Source of the DNA: an uncultured virus (IMG/VR IMGVR_UViG_3300025121_000046)
Taxonomy: Duplodnaviria > Heunggongvirae > Uroviricota > Caudoviricetes > Crassvirales
DNA: 64,000 nt
Reading direction: 5' to 3' (one strand)
Virus record (IMG/VR): IMGVR_UViG_3300025121_000046
A model generated the notes under the pieces. It saw only the letters and a list, made by a program, of their open reading frames with translations. It had not been told where the DNA came from and ran no database searches. Positions 20,673-31,352 of this stretch are shown in pieces. Both the position numbers and the translations under genes were made by a program. Each line of letters opens with the position of its first letter. Within the stretch, counting starts at the first letter, position 1.

Positions 20673-22595
20673 TTAATATTTCCTGTATCTGCGTTTCCCT
20701 AATAATGCTGTAGTTTTTCTTCTGAGATTACCTCCAAACCTGCCAGTAAAACTATTTCTCGGATTAAGATCTTCTTCATTCTCATCAAGATTGAATAGAT
20801 CAAATTTTGAGTCTTCAGGAGTAACAAATGAACTTTTGTCTTTATTTCCCCAATATGCATCAATCATTTGTTTTTTTAGACCTATCATCTGATTCTGATA
20901 ATCTTCCTGTGCAGTCATCATCTTGTCATCCCTTGATTTCTGCCCTATCTGAGTAAATAGTTGATTCGTATTAGCATCTATTGCAGTCTTTCTTGCTCCC
21001 CTGTTAGCCGCGTTAGCTTCTGCCTCCTGCATTCCTACCTGGGTGTTAAACATACTTAACCTGGATCTGTTTTGTGAATCCATCATTGAGGCCCTGTTCT
21101 GTGTTTCTGCATTCTGTGCCTGTATCTGACCTGTATAACTACCTATTGCTTCGGCTTCTGATGCTGCAATGTTAGACAGGTTATTCATGTATCCTCTTGG
21201 GTTTAATCTGCGTAATCGTTCCCGGGAAGATCCGAATGATCTCTTTATGTTCTGTATTCCTGCTTCAGAACTTATAGGAGCCACTTGTGTCGGTGTAAAT
21301 GATGCCTGTTGATAGTCTACCTTCTCAGGTCTGCGTAACAGGTTTGTTGCCATTCCTATTCCACTACCAATGATAGGTGCGTTACCAGGATCATCAAGAA
21401 ATGATTTAAGGTTTAATCCATCTTTACCATATCCTATTGCTCCAAAATATCTTCGTGTAATATCATAGATCTGGCTTAATTCATCACTCATTTCTTCAAA
21501 TGGAAGTTGTGATACTTTTCTTGTTTCATCATTCCACTGATCACCGGTACGTTTTTCGAAACGCTTATCGCGCTTCTTTACAACATCAGCAACACTTTTG
21601 CCAATATCTACCCTTTTAAATGGTACATTACCTCCGTATCTTTTCATAATAGCGGGTGTTACTTTAATCTTATCTGAGTGAACGATATCTCCTGTCCGGG
21701 ATTCTCCATCCTCTACCTGTACTCCAATAGGAAGGTTAATACCTCCCTGGTTATGCTGTTCTCCAATATAATCTGTTCTTTTTGATAGTTTTTTAAGGTT
21801 CATTCCACCAGCAGCAACTACATTATCATACTGCTGAACTCCTCTTGATACTGCAGGTTTATATACTTCTGATATCTCATTCTCATCACTGGCTGGTTGA
21901 CCAATAGATCCAAGAGCCCCTGCAGCACCTGAAGTCATAAGACTTGCTCCTATGGGCGCTCCGATACCTGTTGCTGTCATGGCTGCTCCTACACCTATCT
22001 TGGCAAGGTTCCCTGCATTATCCTTGAGCCATCCACCTACTGAATACTGAGGTACATCTGTATCTGCCATAAAAGGATTATAGTTGTCAGGATCAAAACC
22101 TTGTTTCTTAAGAAGTTTTGCTGTCTTCTTTTTTTCTCCAAGATAGTAACCGGAAAAATTCTTATTAATGTTTGCAGCTTGTGGTATACTTTCCATGTTC
22201 CAGAGGCGATATCCTTCAGGTCCTCCCATTGTCCAGTCGGTACCTTTATCCTTACTCATCATGCTTGCTCTTTGAGATGCCGGCATCCTGAGCCATACCG
22301 ATTCAGGAATACTATCTCTGCCAGATCCCATCAATCCTTTTTTTGCAAGAACAGGATATATTTCTTTAGCTGTATGTGATCTCCATAGGTTATTATTAAC
22401 TACATCTTTTGGCAGATCTCCAAGTGGACCGCCCAATTCTAATTTTTTAAAATGTCTTTTAGCCATCCTGGCAAAATTAGCCATCTGTCTTACATGAGGA
22501 TCTTTAGATCTCAATGCTTCTGCAGTTGTTTTACCGGTTCTCTTTTTATACGCTGTAAAACGACCTTTATGTGATGCCTTGATTTTTATTGCCAT
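20673..22595 (-). CDS. Putative virion cargo protein (crAss-like)
   Basis: 640 aa; N-terminal 'IKIKASHKGRFTAY...ANFAR' and 'GEQHNQGG...VEDGE' motifs typical of crAss-like cargo proteins; Gly/Ala hydrophobic segment and coiled-coil C-terminal half. Confidence 0.65.
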   Translation of the reverse strand: MAIKIKASHKGRFTAYKKRTGKTTAEALRSKDPHVRQMANFARMAKRHFKKLELGGPLGDLPKDVVNNNLWRSHTAKEIYPVLAKKGLMGSGRDSIPESVWLRMPASQRASMMSKDKGTDWTMGGPEGYRLWNMESIPQAANINKNFSGYYLGEKKKTAKLLKKQGFDPDNYNPFMADTDVPQYSVGGWLKDNAGNLAKIGVGAAMTATGIGAPIGASLMTSGAAGALGSIGQPASDENEISEVYKPAVSRGVQQYDNVVAAGGMNLKKLSKRTDYIGEQHNQGGINLPIGVQVEDGESRTGDIVHSDKIKVTPAIMKRYGGNVPFKRVDIGKSVADVVKKRDKRFEKRTGDQWNDETRKVSQLPFEEMSDELSQIYDITRRYFGAIGYGKDGLNLKSFLDDPGNAPIIGSGIGMATNLLRRPEKVDYQQASFTPTQVAPISSEAGIQNIKRSFGSSRERLRRLNPRGYMNNLSNIAASEAEAIGSYTGQIQAQNAETQNRASMMDSQNRSRLSMFNTQVGMQEAEANAANRGARKTAIDANTNQLFTQIGQKSRDDKMMTAQEDYQNQMIGLKKQMIDAYWGNKDKSSFVTPEDSKFDLFNLDENEEDLNPRNSFTGRFGGNLRRKTTALLGKRRYRKY

Positions 22596-22600
22596 GGCTT

Positions 22601-22891
22601 TTATTTTTGAGTGACTTTATTAGCAATCGATTCAGCCGGTACCATATACAAAGATACAAGATCGTGAAGAACTATCGTATGATGATTAGTATCATTTACA
22701 AAAGTAAACTTTACTTTGATATAGGTATCTCTTAATCTTGCATTATCACCAGCATTTCTTCCTGCATCAATCCTCCATGTTCTCAGTAGTCTCCTACAGT
22801 TGGAAGAATTAATAGGAATAACACCAGTATCCTGATAATCATTTCGTACCTGTATCTTATCTATCGTTCTTGTATGTATAGGAATTCCCAT
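22601..22891 (-). CDS. Detached C-terminal segment of tail stabilisation (muzzle) protein
   Basis: 96 aa 'TIDKIQVRNDYQDTG...RTWRIDAGR...ARLRDTYIKVKFTF' resembles the usual C-terminus of crAss-like stabilisation proteins; starts 3 nt after the stop of the 2291 aa ORF. Confidence 0.65.
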   Translation of the reverse strand: MGIPIHTRTIDKIQVRNDYQDTGVIPINSSNCRRLLRTWRIDAGRNAGDNARLRDTYIKVKFTFVNDTNHHTIVLHDLVSLYMVPAESIANKVTQK

Positions 22892-22893
22892 GA

Positions 22894-25800
22894 TTATAAT
22901 GTTTTACATAGTCGAATATTAAAGCAGTCAACAATATCCCTTGCTTCATATGTTATTGCAGCATATGAATGATAGAATGTTATTGTCATATCAGAATCAG
23001 AGCACCAGTATGATCCTTTTAATCCGAGCTCAGAGAATGTATTATATCCGACAAAAACACTTCCTCCGGGTAATGCTGTATATCCACTTGAATTTGTTGC
23101 TCCGGTATTAGGACTTGTCCAATGAGCAGTACCAACTTCTTTCATTGCTCCTCCGGCTAATGACGATCCACCAAGAGCAGCAACAAGAGCCATCCAGTCT
23201 GCTATAGTAGGAACTCTCCATCCTGTCTCCAGGGCACCACTACGTGTAAGATAAGCTATGTTATTCGCGCTTTGAGCTGCATAACCATTATAGTAACGTC
23301 CATATGTAGATAACTGATCTGTAATAGGAGTAAAGTCAGCTATATAAGGAATGATAGCATTCTGAAGTGTATTATAACTAAGAGCTGATGCTATTATTGA
23401 TCCTCCATTGACAAACTTGGTTCCTTTAAAGTTTTGTATTATCCATCTTCTGCCGGCAACATCAATAGTATCATACTCATATCCTGCATTATCTGTAAGC
23501 GGTCCTGTTATTGGTGGTGTTGCTGTAGTAAATGTGAGATTTTCTCCATAGCCAACAAGTGCTACACTATTAACGGCATATGCTCTTATATAGTGTGTTG
23601 TCCCATTGGGAAGATTATCAATAAGTTTATAGAATGATCCTATACCACTACCTGAAGAATAGTTTTGTACCGTTGGATCTGGAGATGTACCTACGCAGAA
23701 TCCACGTCCTGTAATTGTAAGTCCACTGCCTCCTGCATATATTACATTACCATTAGCTCCTGCTTCAGTATATCCTATACCTGTTATTGAATCAGTTGTA
23801 ACTGTAGGTGCTACATTCTCATTCATTACTATAGTTATAGGAGCGCCATATCCATCACCCTTGCTATTTGTGGCATAGGCTGCTGCATAATATGTTTCTC
23901 CAGGGGTAAGACTACTTCGGGTTACACTATATGATCCTGTTCCTGAATCACCATCATCATATTTAGGATTATTATATGCGACAGGATCCGTACCAAAGAA
24001 GAATCCTTTTTCTGTAATTGCCACTCCTCCATCAGATGTTGCATTACCATTAAGGACAACACTTACTGTAGTAAGACCGGAATATGCATTCGTTACAACA
24101 GTGGGCACATAATAAGCTATTGTTGTAAAGCTTATCTCATTACTATAAGTTATATCTACAGAGTTTTGCGCGTATGCCCTAACATAGTACGTGATACCAT
24201 CACTACCACTATTCATTATATGTGAAAATTCTGTAATACAATCATTATAACTATCAGCTACAGTAGGAGAGCCAGATGTGTTCCAACAGAAACCGAATCT
24301 TGTTATGGCAGCACCACCTGTACTTAATAATATAGCACTTAACGTAGCACCAATTGCGGTTATTGATGTTGCATTATATTGACTTAATACAGGAGCCGTC
24401 TGGGTTTTTGAACTGAATATCTTCTCATCTCCATATGATGTTCCTGCACCATTAGTTGCATAAGCACGAACATAATATAATGTTCCAGGACTAAGAGAAG
24501 TAATAGAACTTACAAAAGTGCCTATTCCAGAACCATCGATAGTCTTTGAATCACTTGTTGTAGGTCCTGAACTTGTCTTCCAACAAACACCCCTGGCAGT
24601 AACAGGATCGCCACCATCACTTGTGATCGTTCCACCACATGTAGCCGTAGTATAATCTATAGATGTTACATCAGCAGTTGACACGTTAGGGGGAGATACA
24701 TTTATTGTCGTGAATGACTTTCTCACTCCATATGCTGTACCTACACTATTCATTGCATAGGCCATAACATGATATCCCCTTCCTGATAATAATCCTGTAA
24801 GAGCTATATCAAAAGATCCAAGACCCGTTCCAGTGTCTGCTACTTTTACTCCATCCGCAACAGGATCAGAATAGTCATCTATACAGTAATATATTCCTCG
24901 TTCATATACTGTAGATCCATTCCCGGAAAGAACATTTCCTCCTGCAGTAGCTGTTGATGATCCAAAGACTGTTATCTCATTTGTCTCAACAGAAGCTGTA
25001 GTATATACTGTAGTTGTCCTGGCCCAGTTGGTTCCATATGATACACCTTCACTATTGACTGCATAGGCTCTCATGTAATATGTAGTACCCTGAGAAAGCC
25101 CGGTAATATCAACACTGAATGTTCCTTCTCCTGTACCTGAATCAATATGATCTCCTGCTATCGTAGGATTAGTAGATGTTCCATAAGCAATACCTCTTTG
25201 TGTTACTCCCCCAAGAGCATTGCCATCATGAGTAACATTCCCTCCTGCTCTTATAGACACATGACTCAATACAGTAGGTTCCGTTGTCAATACCGTAGCA
25301 TAATCAAGATCGAGAGTAGAAAATCCTCTTGATGTTGCACTATAACCTGTACCTTTCTTATTTATCGCATAAGCCCTCACATAATACTGAGTGTTGTCAG
25401 TAAGACCTTCCATATCTGCTGAAAACGAATCGGATCCAGTTCCAGCTGTAACAATATCATCAGCTGTTGTAGGTGGATCAACTAAACTGTAACACAATCC
25501 TTTCTCAGTGATTTCCGCACCACCATCATTTGTTATTACACCACCACTTCTTGCAGATGATATTCCTATCTGATCAACAGCATTTGTAGTAAGAGTAGGA
25601 ACGAATAGATTTGTTGTATTAAAACTTTTCTCATCACTATAAACGGGTGTTGCACTAAGACTATTTATCGCGAATGCTCTCACGTAATATTGAGTTGTAT
25701 CTGTTAACCCGGTAATTGTATATTCAACAACACCTTCAACTCCTGTAAGTATTGTATAGTTATCATCGAGTATAGTAGGATTAGGAGATGTAGACCAACA

Positions 25801-28800
25801 CAATCCGCATGTCAATGGACTGTCTCCTCCGTCTTCAACCAGGGTCCATCCTGTAGTGGCTTCCTCTTCTCCTATATTACTTATAGCGGTAAGAAGTATT
25901 ACCGGGGGGATTGTAGTTTTATGTATCTTATTGGATCCGTAACCGGTGCCTACGCTATTTGTAGCATATGCTCTGACATAATAAGTATTTGCAGGAAGAA
26001 GTCCTGTTACCGTGCTTGCATAATCAGCAGACCCGGTACCATCAGAAGTATGACTATTAACATCAATAGTGGGATCGGCAGTAGGACCATAACAAACTCC
26101 TTTGGCTATTATAGGAATTCCTCCATTAGAGATTATATCCCCACCACTTACACATCCCGTTGATGTAGGAGTAGTTATATCTTCAGTTTCCAATGATGGA
26201 GCATTTATATTACTAACGAGTTCAGGAAGATCTGCCAGGTATACTTCAGATGATATCTCAAAATTGGTAAATGTTGCTACAATGTTTGGCATTGGATTGA
26301 CAATCACCTCGACAAAACTATCAAAGTACTTACCAAAATATTGTCCCGGATAACCATAATCTTCTTTATAAAGATGCTTACTATATGCTGAGAACAATTT
26401 ATTATCGTATATCATATAAAAATATGCCAGGGTATCAGCAAAACCGGTGAATGCATCAATAACCTCATTGAAGATAAGAGCTATACCGGCATCAGCATGA
26501 TTCTTAATGATGAACCAGATCTCATTATACATGGGATTAAAGACCATGAAGAACCCTGTATTATTAAGATTTAGACTCATGATATTATCTGAATTGGAAT
26601 ATACATCGGATATACCATTGAGATATGAGTTTATACCTCTTATGGTAGATATATTCTCAAGGTTATTAAGGAACCTGTTTATCGTTCTTCGCTTATGATC
26701 ATACCAGTAAATGCCATTGATACTTTCAGCAATAGAAAATTTTGTACTTAATCCAATTTTAGTAGATATATAATCATATCTCTGCAGGATCTCGCCCTGT
26801 CCGAGTGTTGTACTCTTACCTTCTGTATCAGATATTACAGATCTATCCATGACACTTAATGAACCAACAGCATTATCCTGAAAGAATAACAGGTAGTTTT
26901 TCCATGCAGCGAGTTTATTAACTGGTCCAAAGGTTTTATTAACAATTATAGATTCATTTGAAAGCCATTGAGTCCAGGGATCTATTGTCTCTCTTCCCTC
27001 TTTCATATTGGAAGCCATGACAAGACAGTCGTTATAATATTCCGGATTATAGTCAAATGGCGCCGGAAGAAACTTCTTAGCATCAGCAGTACGTTTATAT
27101 ACTGTATTCTCGAGATAAAGATCTGTCCAGTTATTAAGATATGTTATTCCATCGGCATTGCTTATTGTCTCTGTGAACTCTGCATTTCCTTTCTCTCTTA
27201 TCCAGTATGCTGTAGGAACATTATCAAAGATCCTGTGCCAGCAGTCATCGAGTCTGTATGCAAGGTTTACACTCGTCTCACATGGAAACATTACCACTGA
27301 TGCAAATGTATCAACAGAAGCAATGCCTGATGCCTTTTGGTACCATTCATTATAGTAACTTGTAAGATGATCAGTGTAGGCAATGTAAGTATCTCCCTGG
27401 TTAAAATAAGCCGTGGCATTACCAGTACTGACAGCAACAATATCTCCAGCTGCTATATATTCATTCTTTGTCCGATCCTCATAGGAATGACCACCATATT
27501 GAGAACCATAAAGATTAGTCCTGTAATTGGCAATCATATATTTATCAGCAGCTATTATTCCCGATACATCAAGAGCAGTTCCTAACTTAATAAGAAGTGA
27601 TGTTCCAAGATTACCAAGCTTACGGACTCCTGACGGCGCTGTCCATCCGGATATAGGAATAAAATTAGGGATATCCCCAAATGAAGTACTTATTGCTTCT
27701 ACATCTGGCGTGACTGCTGCATTCTGCATCCTTGATTCCTGTACTGCATACCACTTACCAAGAGCAAGGGAAACAGGAGTATGATACTTTAGTGCTTCAT
27801 GTTGTGTGCCATATGCATTATTTACTCCGGTACAAGTACCAATGAGTTGAAGAAAATCATTCGAACTCTGCGTAAAGTTTTTATAGAATGATATCTCCGG
27901 TGAGAACATCACGAGATGTTTCTTTGGTATGGCAGCAAGGCCACTATATGCACTTGTACTTGAATATGATGGCTTGCCTACTATCCACTCAGAACCATTA
28001 TAAGGATATATCCAGCTTAAGTTTCCCTGTAGTTTAACAGTCTTATTGTCATCAGTGCGCTTTACATATACTATCTGGACATATTTTACTTCAGTAGGAA
28101 GATTTGTAAGGGTGAATACAATCTCTATGGGCCATGAATTTGTTGCTCCAAGACTTGTATAAGAAGATCCTGTCTTACCGCTTACATCAGTTCCGTGCTC
28201 GGGAGTTCGTATATCTCCTATCCACTTAACAGGACTCGGACGACCCTTGTCATCAAAACCAACACAACCGACCCTGTATATCTCTCCTCTGGTAAGTGTT
28301 CTTATAGACTGGTTGAATACCGGGCTTTCCGGACCATTATAATAATTAGGCACTGCAACAGGCACTACACCAAAGGTTTTATTATTACCAAGATTGTCGA
28401 TAGGCTTTTCATTAACAGACTGGAATATATAACTTACATTAGGACCCTCTCCGCCTCTTGTTGTTCCATCCTGGTGAAATGCAAAGTTTGTTCCCTGGCT
28501 ATCAAATGTAATATCATTGCTTTTACATATAGCATCTATGTCAAAAGGAAGATCATCTATTGAATCAACAGAATCTATATTTACTCCTGATGAATTGTAT
28601 TTCAACCACGTGTTTCCATAAGTAAGACTATTCATCCAGTAACCACCATCTGTTTCATATAGATAACAGGAACGAGTACTTGCATATCTATATGCTCTGG
28701 CATCATAATCAAAATCAAACTCGTTCTGTTTTATTCCGGTAGCAAAAAGAATATTGAACTTGGCAGCAATAGATTTACATCTGAATGGATTGTTTATCAT

Positions 28801-29769
28801 CACAAACTCAGAATACAGGTATTCTCCTGAATTATAAAGTCCATCATCAGTGATATATACTGTTGAATCTACCGGTTTAACTTCTACTATATAAACCTTT
28901 GGTACCTCATTAAGAGCTGAGTAATGAACTGCTATAACCTCTATCCTGTCATAATCAGTATCTATATTTTCTATCTTTATTACTATTCCTTTGCCTGAAG
29001 ATTGATTAGCTCCTGAAGCATTAAGACGATCTGCACCTTTAAATGAAATAGTATTCTGCAGGGACATAGAACTTGTTGTCAGCGGTATCATCCTACATAA
29101 TGGAGAGAAGTTGCTGGCCGGACCATTAAGTTTATAAAGACGATATCCATATTGAACCATACCAACAGGGATACTTCCACTTACCATTTGCATGAATTCC
29201 GGGGTAGAAAGATCCATCTTCTGTACTATATTGAACTCATCAGGATCAAGATATGAGTTGCTTCCTGATTTTATCAATCCGTCATCTGTAAGATAAGTTG
29301 CTACATTGGCATAACGAAGATCATTGTAATTATCACTCCAGTAGATCTTGACTATATCCTCATTCTCATAAAATGAAAGAGCATCTTCAATAGGATTCTG
29401 CATTGAGAAGTTAAGGATCCCGGAATAAAGAAGCCTGATATCAGCCATCACTATCTGATCATCCGCAAAATCAGTTTCCCATATCTTTCCATTAGAAGCA
29501 GTAGGAGAAGGAGTATCATCATCAGTAGTAAAGAGTATCATCTTGTCTCTTACTCTAACACTACCTATTATCCTGTGATTTGTAGCTCCTATTGAATCAA
29601 AGTCCCCATCTAACGGATAATTACCCTTTATGATTGTAAGTCCTCCATTACGAGCAGGATCATTGCCAGTGATACGAAAGTTACGACAGTCATACATGCT
29701 TTCATTATCAACCTTGTTAAAAGCTGTATCCCTGTCAAGCTTCTTATATGTATTCTTAAATACAGGCAT
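22894..29769 (-). CDS. Tail stabilisation/muzzle protein fused to 9 FN3-like repeats and a C-terminal FISUMP (Fib_succ_major) domain
   Basis: First ~1180 aa carry crAss stabilisation-like motifs (YWSDNYNDLR, RGEIYRVG..FDDKGRPSPVKWIGDIRTP, YWYD); then ~100-aa repeats with YYVRAYATN; ends with YGRYYN, GWRVPT..DW, GATNSSGYTALPGG, YWCS, FNIRLCK (FISUMP). Confidence 0.85.
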   Translation of the reverse strand: MPVFKNTYKKLDRDTAFNKVDNESMYDCRNFRITGNDPARNGGLTIIKGNYPLDGDFDSIGATNHRIIGSVRVRDKMILFTTDDDTPSPTASNGKIWETDFADDQIVMADIRLLYSGILNFSMQNPIEDALSFYENEDIVKIYWSDNYNDLRYANVATYLTDDGLIKSGSNSYLDPDEFNIVQKMDLSTPEFMQMVSGSIPVGMVQYGYRLYKLNGPASNFSPLCRMIPLTTSSMSLQNTISFKGADRLNASGANQSSGKGIVIKIENIDTDYDRIEVIAVHYSALNEVPKVYIVEVKPVDSTVYITDDGLYNSGEYLYSEFVMINNPFRCKSIAAKFNILFATGIKQNEFDFDYDARAYRYASTRSCYLYETDGGYWMNSLTYGNTWLKYNSSGVNIDSVDSIDDLPFDIDAICKSNDITFDSQGTNFAFHQDGTTRGGEGPNVSYIFQSVNEKPIDNLGNNKTFGVVPVAVPNYYNGPESPVFNQSIRTLTRGEIYRVGCVGFDDKGRPSPVKWIGDIRTPEHGTDVSGKTGSSYTSLGATNSWPIEIVFTLTNLPTEVKYVQIVYVKRTDDNKTVKLQGNLSWIYPYNGSEWIVGKPSYSSTSAYSGLAAIPKKHLVMFSPEISFYKNFTQSSNDFLQLIGTCTGVNNAYGTQHEALKYHTPVSLALGKWYAVQESRMQNAAVTPDVEAISTSFGDIPNFIPISGWTAPSGVRKLGNLGTSLLIKLGTALDVSGIIAADKYMIANYRTNLYGSQYGGHSYEDRTKNEYIAAGDIVAVSTGNATAYFNQGDTYIAYTDHLTSYYNEWYQKASGIASVDTFASVVMFPCETSVNLAYRLDDCWHRIFDNVPTAYWIREKGNAEFTETISNADGITYLNNWTDLYLENTVYKRTADAKKFLPAPFDYNPEYYNDCLVMASNMKEGRETIDPWTQWLSNESIIVNKTFGPVNKLAAWKNYLLFFQDNAVGSLSVMDRSVISDTEGKSTTLGQGEILQRYDYISTKIGLSTKFSIAESINGIYWYDHKRRTINRFLNNLENISTIRGINSYLNGISDVYSNSDNIMSLNLNNTGFFMVFNPMYNEIWFIIKNHADAGIALIFNEVIDAFTGFADTLAYFYMIYDNKLFSAYSKHLYKEDYGYPGQYFGKYFDSFVEVIVNPMPNIVATFTNFEISSEVYLADLPELVSNINAPSLETEDITTPTSTGCVSGGDIISNGGIPIIAKGVCYGPTADPTIDVNSHTSDGTGSADYASTVTGLLPANTYYVRAYATNSVGTGYGSNKIHKTTIPPVILLTAISNIGEEEATTGWTLVEDGGDSPLTCGLCWSTSPNPTILDDNYTILTGVEGVVEYTITGLTDTTQYYVRAFAINSLSATPVYSDEKSFNTTNLFVPTLTTNAVDQIGISSARSGGVITNDGGAEITEKGLCYSLVDPPTTADDIVTAGTGSDSFSADMEGLTDNTQYYVRAYAINKKGTGYSATSRGFSTLDLDYATVLTTEPTVLSHVSIRAGGNVTHDGNALGGVTQRGIAYGTSTNPTIAGDHIDSGTGEGTFSVDITGLSQGTTYYMRAYAVNSEGVSYGTNWARTTTVYTTASVETNEITVFGSSTATAGGNVLSGNGSTVYERGIYYCIDDYSDPVADGVKVADTGTGLGSFDIALTGLLSGRGYHVMAYAMNSVGTAYGVRKSFTTINVSPPNVSTADVTSIDYTTATCGGTITSDGGDPVTARGVCWKTSSGPTTSDSKTIDGSGIGTFVSSITSLSPGTLYYVRAYATNGAGTSYGDEKIFSSKTQTAPVLSQYNATSITAIGATLSAILLSTGGAAITRFGFCWNTSGSPTVADSYNDCITEFSHIMNSGSDGITYYVRAYAQNSVDITYSNEISFTTIAYYVPTVVTNAYSGLTTVSVVLNGNATSDGGVAITEKGFFFGTDPVAYNNPKYDDGDSGTGSYSVTRSSLTPGETYYAAAYATNSKGDGYGAPITIVMNENVAPTVTTDSITGIGYTEAGANGNVIYAGGSGLTITGRGFCVGTSPDPTVQNYSSGSGIGSFYKLIDNLPNGTTHYIRAYAVNSVALVGYGENLTFTTATPPITGPLTDNAGYEYDTIDVAGRRWIIQNFKGTKFVNGGSIIASALSYNTLQNAIIPYIADFTPITDQLSTYGRYYNGYAAQSANNIAYLTRSGALETGWRVPTIADWMALVAALGGSSLAGGAMKEVGTAHWTSPNTGATNSSGYTALPGGSVFVGYNTFSELGLKGSYWCSDSDMTITFYHSYAAITYEARDIVDCFNIRLCKTL
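23520..26203 (-). repeat. Tandem array of nine ~100-aa FN3-like domains
   Basis: Nine copies of the pattern GG.i..dGg..i..rG.C.s....PT....Y(Y/H)vRAYA.N..G..YG counted in the translation; boundaries approximate. Confidence 0.85.
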
Positions 29770-29771
29770 CG

Positions 29772-30506
29772 TTATGGAGTACTTGGCAGATCATGATAAG
29801 TAACATTAGGTTTTGTATACCCAGAATAATCTTCTGTTATTTCATCAATATTCTCGGGATCGCTTGTCATTATTGTAGGGAGTACCTGGGTAAAGTATTT
29901 TGTCCACATACGTCTTCTTTCCGGACCTATTATTCTTAAAGAATTCTGTGCACTGCCTACATACCATAACCATTCCTTTTCGCTATGAGAGTATACCTTA
30001 TCACTTATCTTATCTTTTCTCCAGAGTTTATGATCGATACGATAAGTAACGAATGCCCTTACTGCTTCGATGACTCTTTCGTTATCCGGGACCATAGGAA
30101 AACCATGATCATCAATCATGAATGCCTTATATGCAAGTTCAAGAGTAGCTGTCTCTTCGCTGATATCAATATACTGATCCTTTACTACATAAGTAGGGGA
30201 TCCGTAATCCTTATTTACATTGCCACTATACGTGTATATCTGTTTTGAGGTTGAGTCTCTGACACCATTCACAAGTATTTCTACAAAGTCAATAGGAAGA
30301 TTGCCTCTATAATCAACACATTCTACATGAGGAGTAAGGATGTCAAGACCGGTTATCTTTGACTGATATATGGCAGGAGCTGCAATAAGTCCAAGAGCTT
30401 TGCCTATCCAGGAGATAGCATCTGACCAGTCAAGTTCATGAGCATAACCCTCATTCTGGTAGACCTCTTCTATTACTCTGTAAACGGAAACAAATTTATC
30501 AGCCAT
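29772..30506 (-). CDS. Tail tubular/ring protein
   Basis: 244 aa immediately upstream of the muzzle gene; 'YRGNLPIDF', 'LAYKAFMIDDHGFPMVPDN', 'WLWYVGSA' match crAss-like tail tubular proteins as I recall them. Confidence 0.75.
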   Translation of the reverse strand: MADKFVSVYRVIEEVYQNEGYAHELDWSDAISWIGKALGLIAAPAIYQSKITGLDILTPHVECVDYRGNLPIDFVEILVNGVRDSTSKQIYTYSGNVNKDYGSPTYVVKDQYIDISEETATLELAYKAFMIDDHGFPMVPDNERVIEAVRAFVTYRIDHKLWRKDKISDKVYSHSEKEWLWYVGSAQNSLRIIGPERRRMWTKYFTQVLPTIMTSDPENIDEITEDYSGYTKPNVTYHDLPSTP

Positions 30507-30517
30507 GATATTATAAT

Positions 30518-30829
30518 TTAGTCAACAGACAATAACCCGGAAATATTAGACAGGCTGTTGATCATGTCTGATACTTCCTCTTTATCTTTCTTATCTTTAT
30601 TCTTAAGATTTTCCATAGGATTATCTTTTGAAATGTATTTTTTGCATTCATTTTTCCACTTACGGTTATCTCCTTCTCCTTCATACCATTCTTTTGATAT
30701 TGTAATTACCCATCCGTTTTCTACTTCTTCTCCACTTACATTTTTGGTTACACCGTCAACTTCCTTGGAGAACCTGAAAGACTGTTTTACATTTTCCATA
30801 ATTGGCGATATTGATTTTGCATCATTCAT
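30518..30829 (-). CDS. Hypothetical protein
   Basis: 103 aa ORF tightly packed between neighbours on the coding strand. Confidence 0.7.
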   Translation of the reverse strand: MNDAKSISPIMENVKQSFRFSKEVDGVTKNVSGEEVENGWVITISKEWYEGEGDNRKWKNECKKYISKDNPMENLKNKDKKDKEEVSDMINSLSNISGLLSVD

Positions 30830-31352
30830 AATAATCTATTTTTCTTTCTCCCTGCAGTACTTTTGCAAGATGACGGTTATTTGAAAACGTGAACACTAAT
30901 GAATACAGACTCCTATTTACGGCATTACTTCCCTTTTTACTCCAGTATAACATGAATCCATATCCATCTGTATGTTCATTAAGAAAATAAACCAGTGGTT
31001 TCTTCCTTATCTCCTTCAACTCTTCTTTTGTCTTCCCGGGATATTCTCTGTTCCATAAACTTTTTGATGATGGCCAATCGATACTTAATCCCTTTTTATC
31101 AACAGTACCATCATCATTAATATGAGGAGATTTCTTATATTTTTTTATCCTTACAAATCCAAGACGAAGAGGCATCTTAAACTCAATTGCTTCATCAATG
31201 ATCAGCGAAGATAGTTTTTTATTAGAGTCTTTAAGAATTGCACTGAACTTCTTATAGTCAAGGAATGCAGAACTATTCCTTTCGTCCCTTGTGAATTTCT
31301 TCTTAAAGAACTTATATATCTCAGGCAGACCATATCTTTCTTTATTCTTCAT
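30822..31352 (-). CDS. HU/IHF-like DNA-binding protein (crAss-like)
   Basis: Basic 176 aa; 'FKMPLRLGFVRIKK', 'IDWPSSKSLW', 'YFLNEHTDGY' typical of the crAss IHF-like family; conserved position between ring genes. Confidence 0.7.
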   Translation of the reverse strand: MKNKERYGLPEIYKFFKKKFTRDERNSSAFLDYKKFSAILKDSNKKLSSLIIDEAIEFKMPLRLGFVRIKKYKKSPHINDDGTVDKKGLSIDWPSSKSLWNREYPGKTKEELKEIRKKPLVYFLNEHTDGYGFMLYWSKKGSNAVNRSLYSLVFTFSNNRHLAKVLQGERKIDYYE

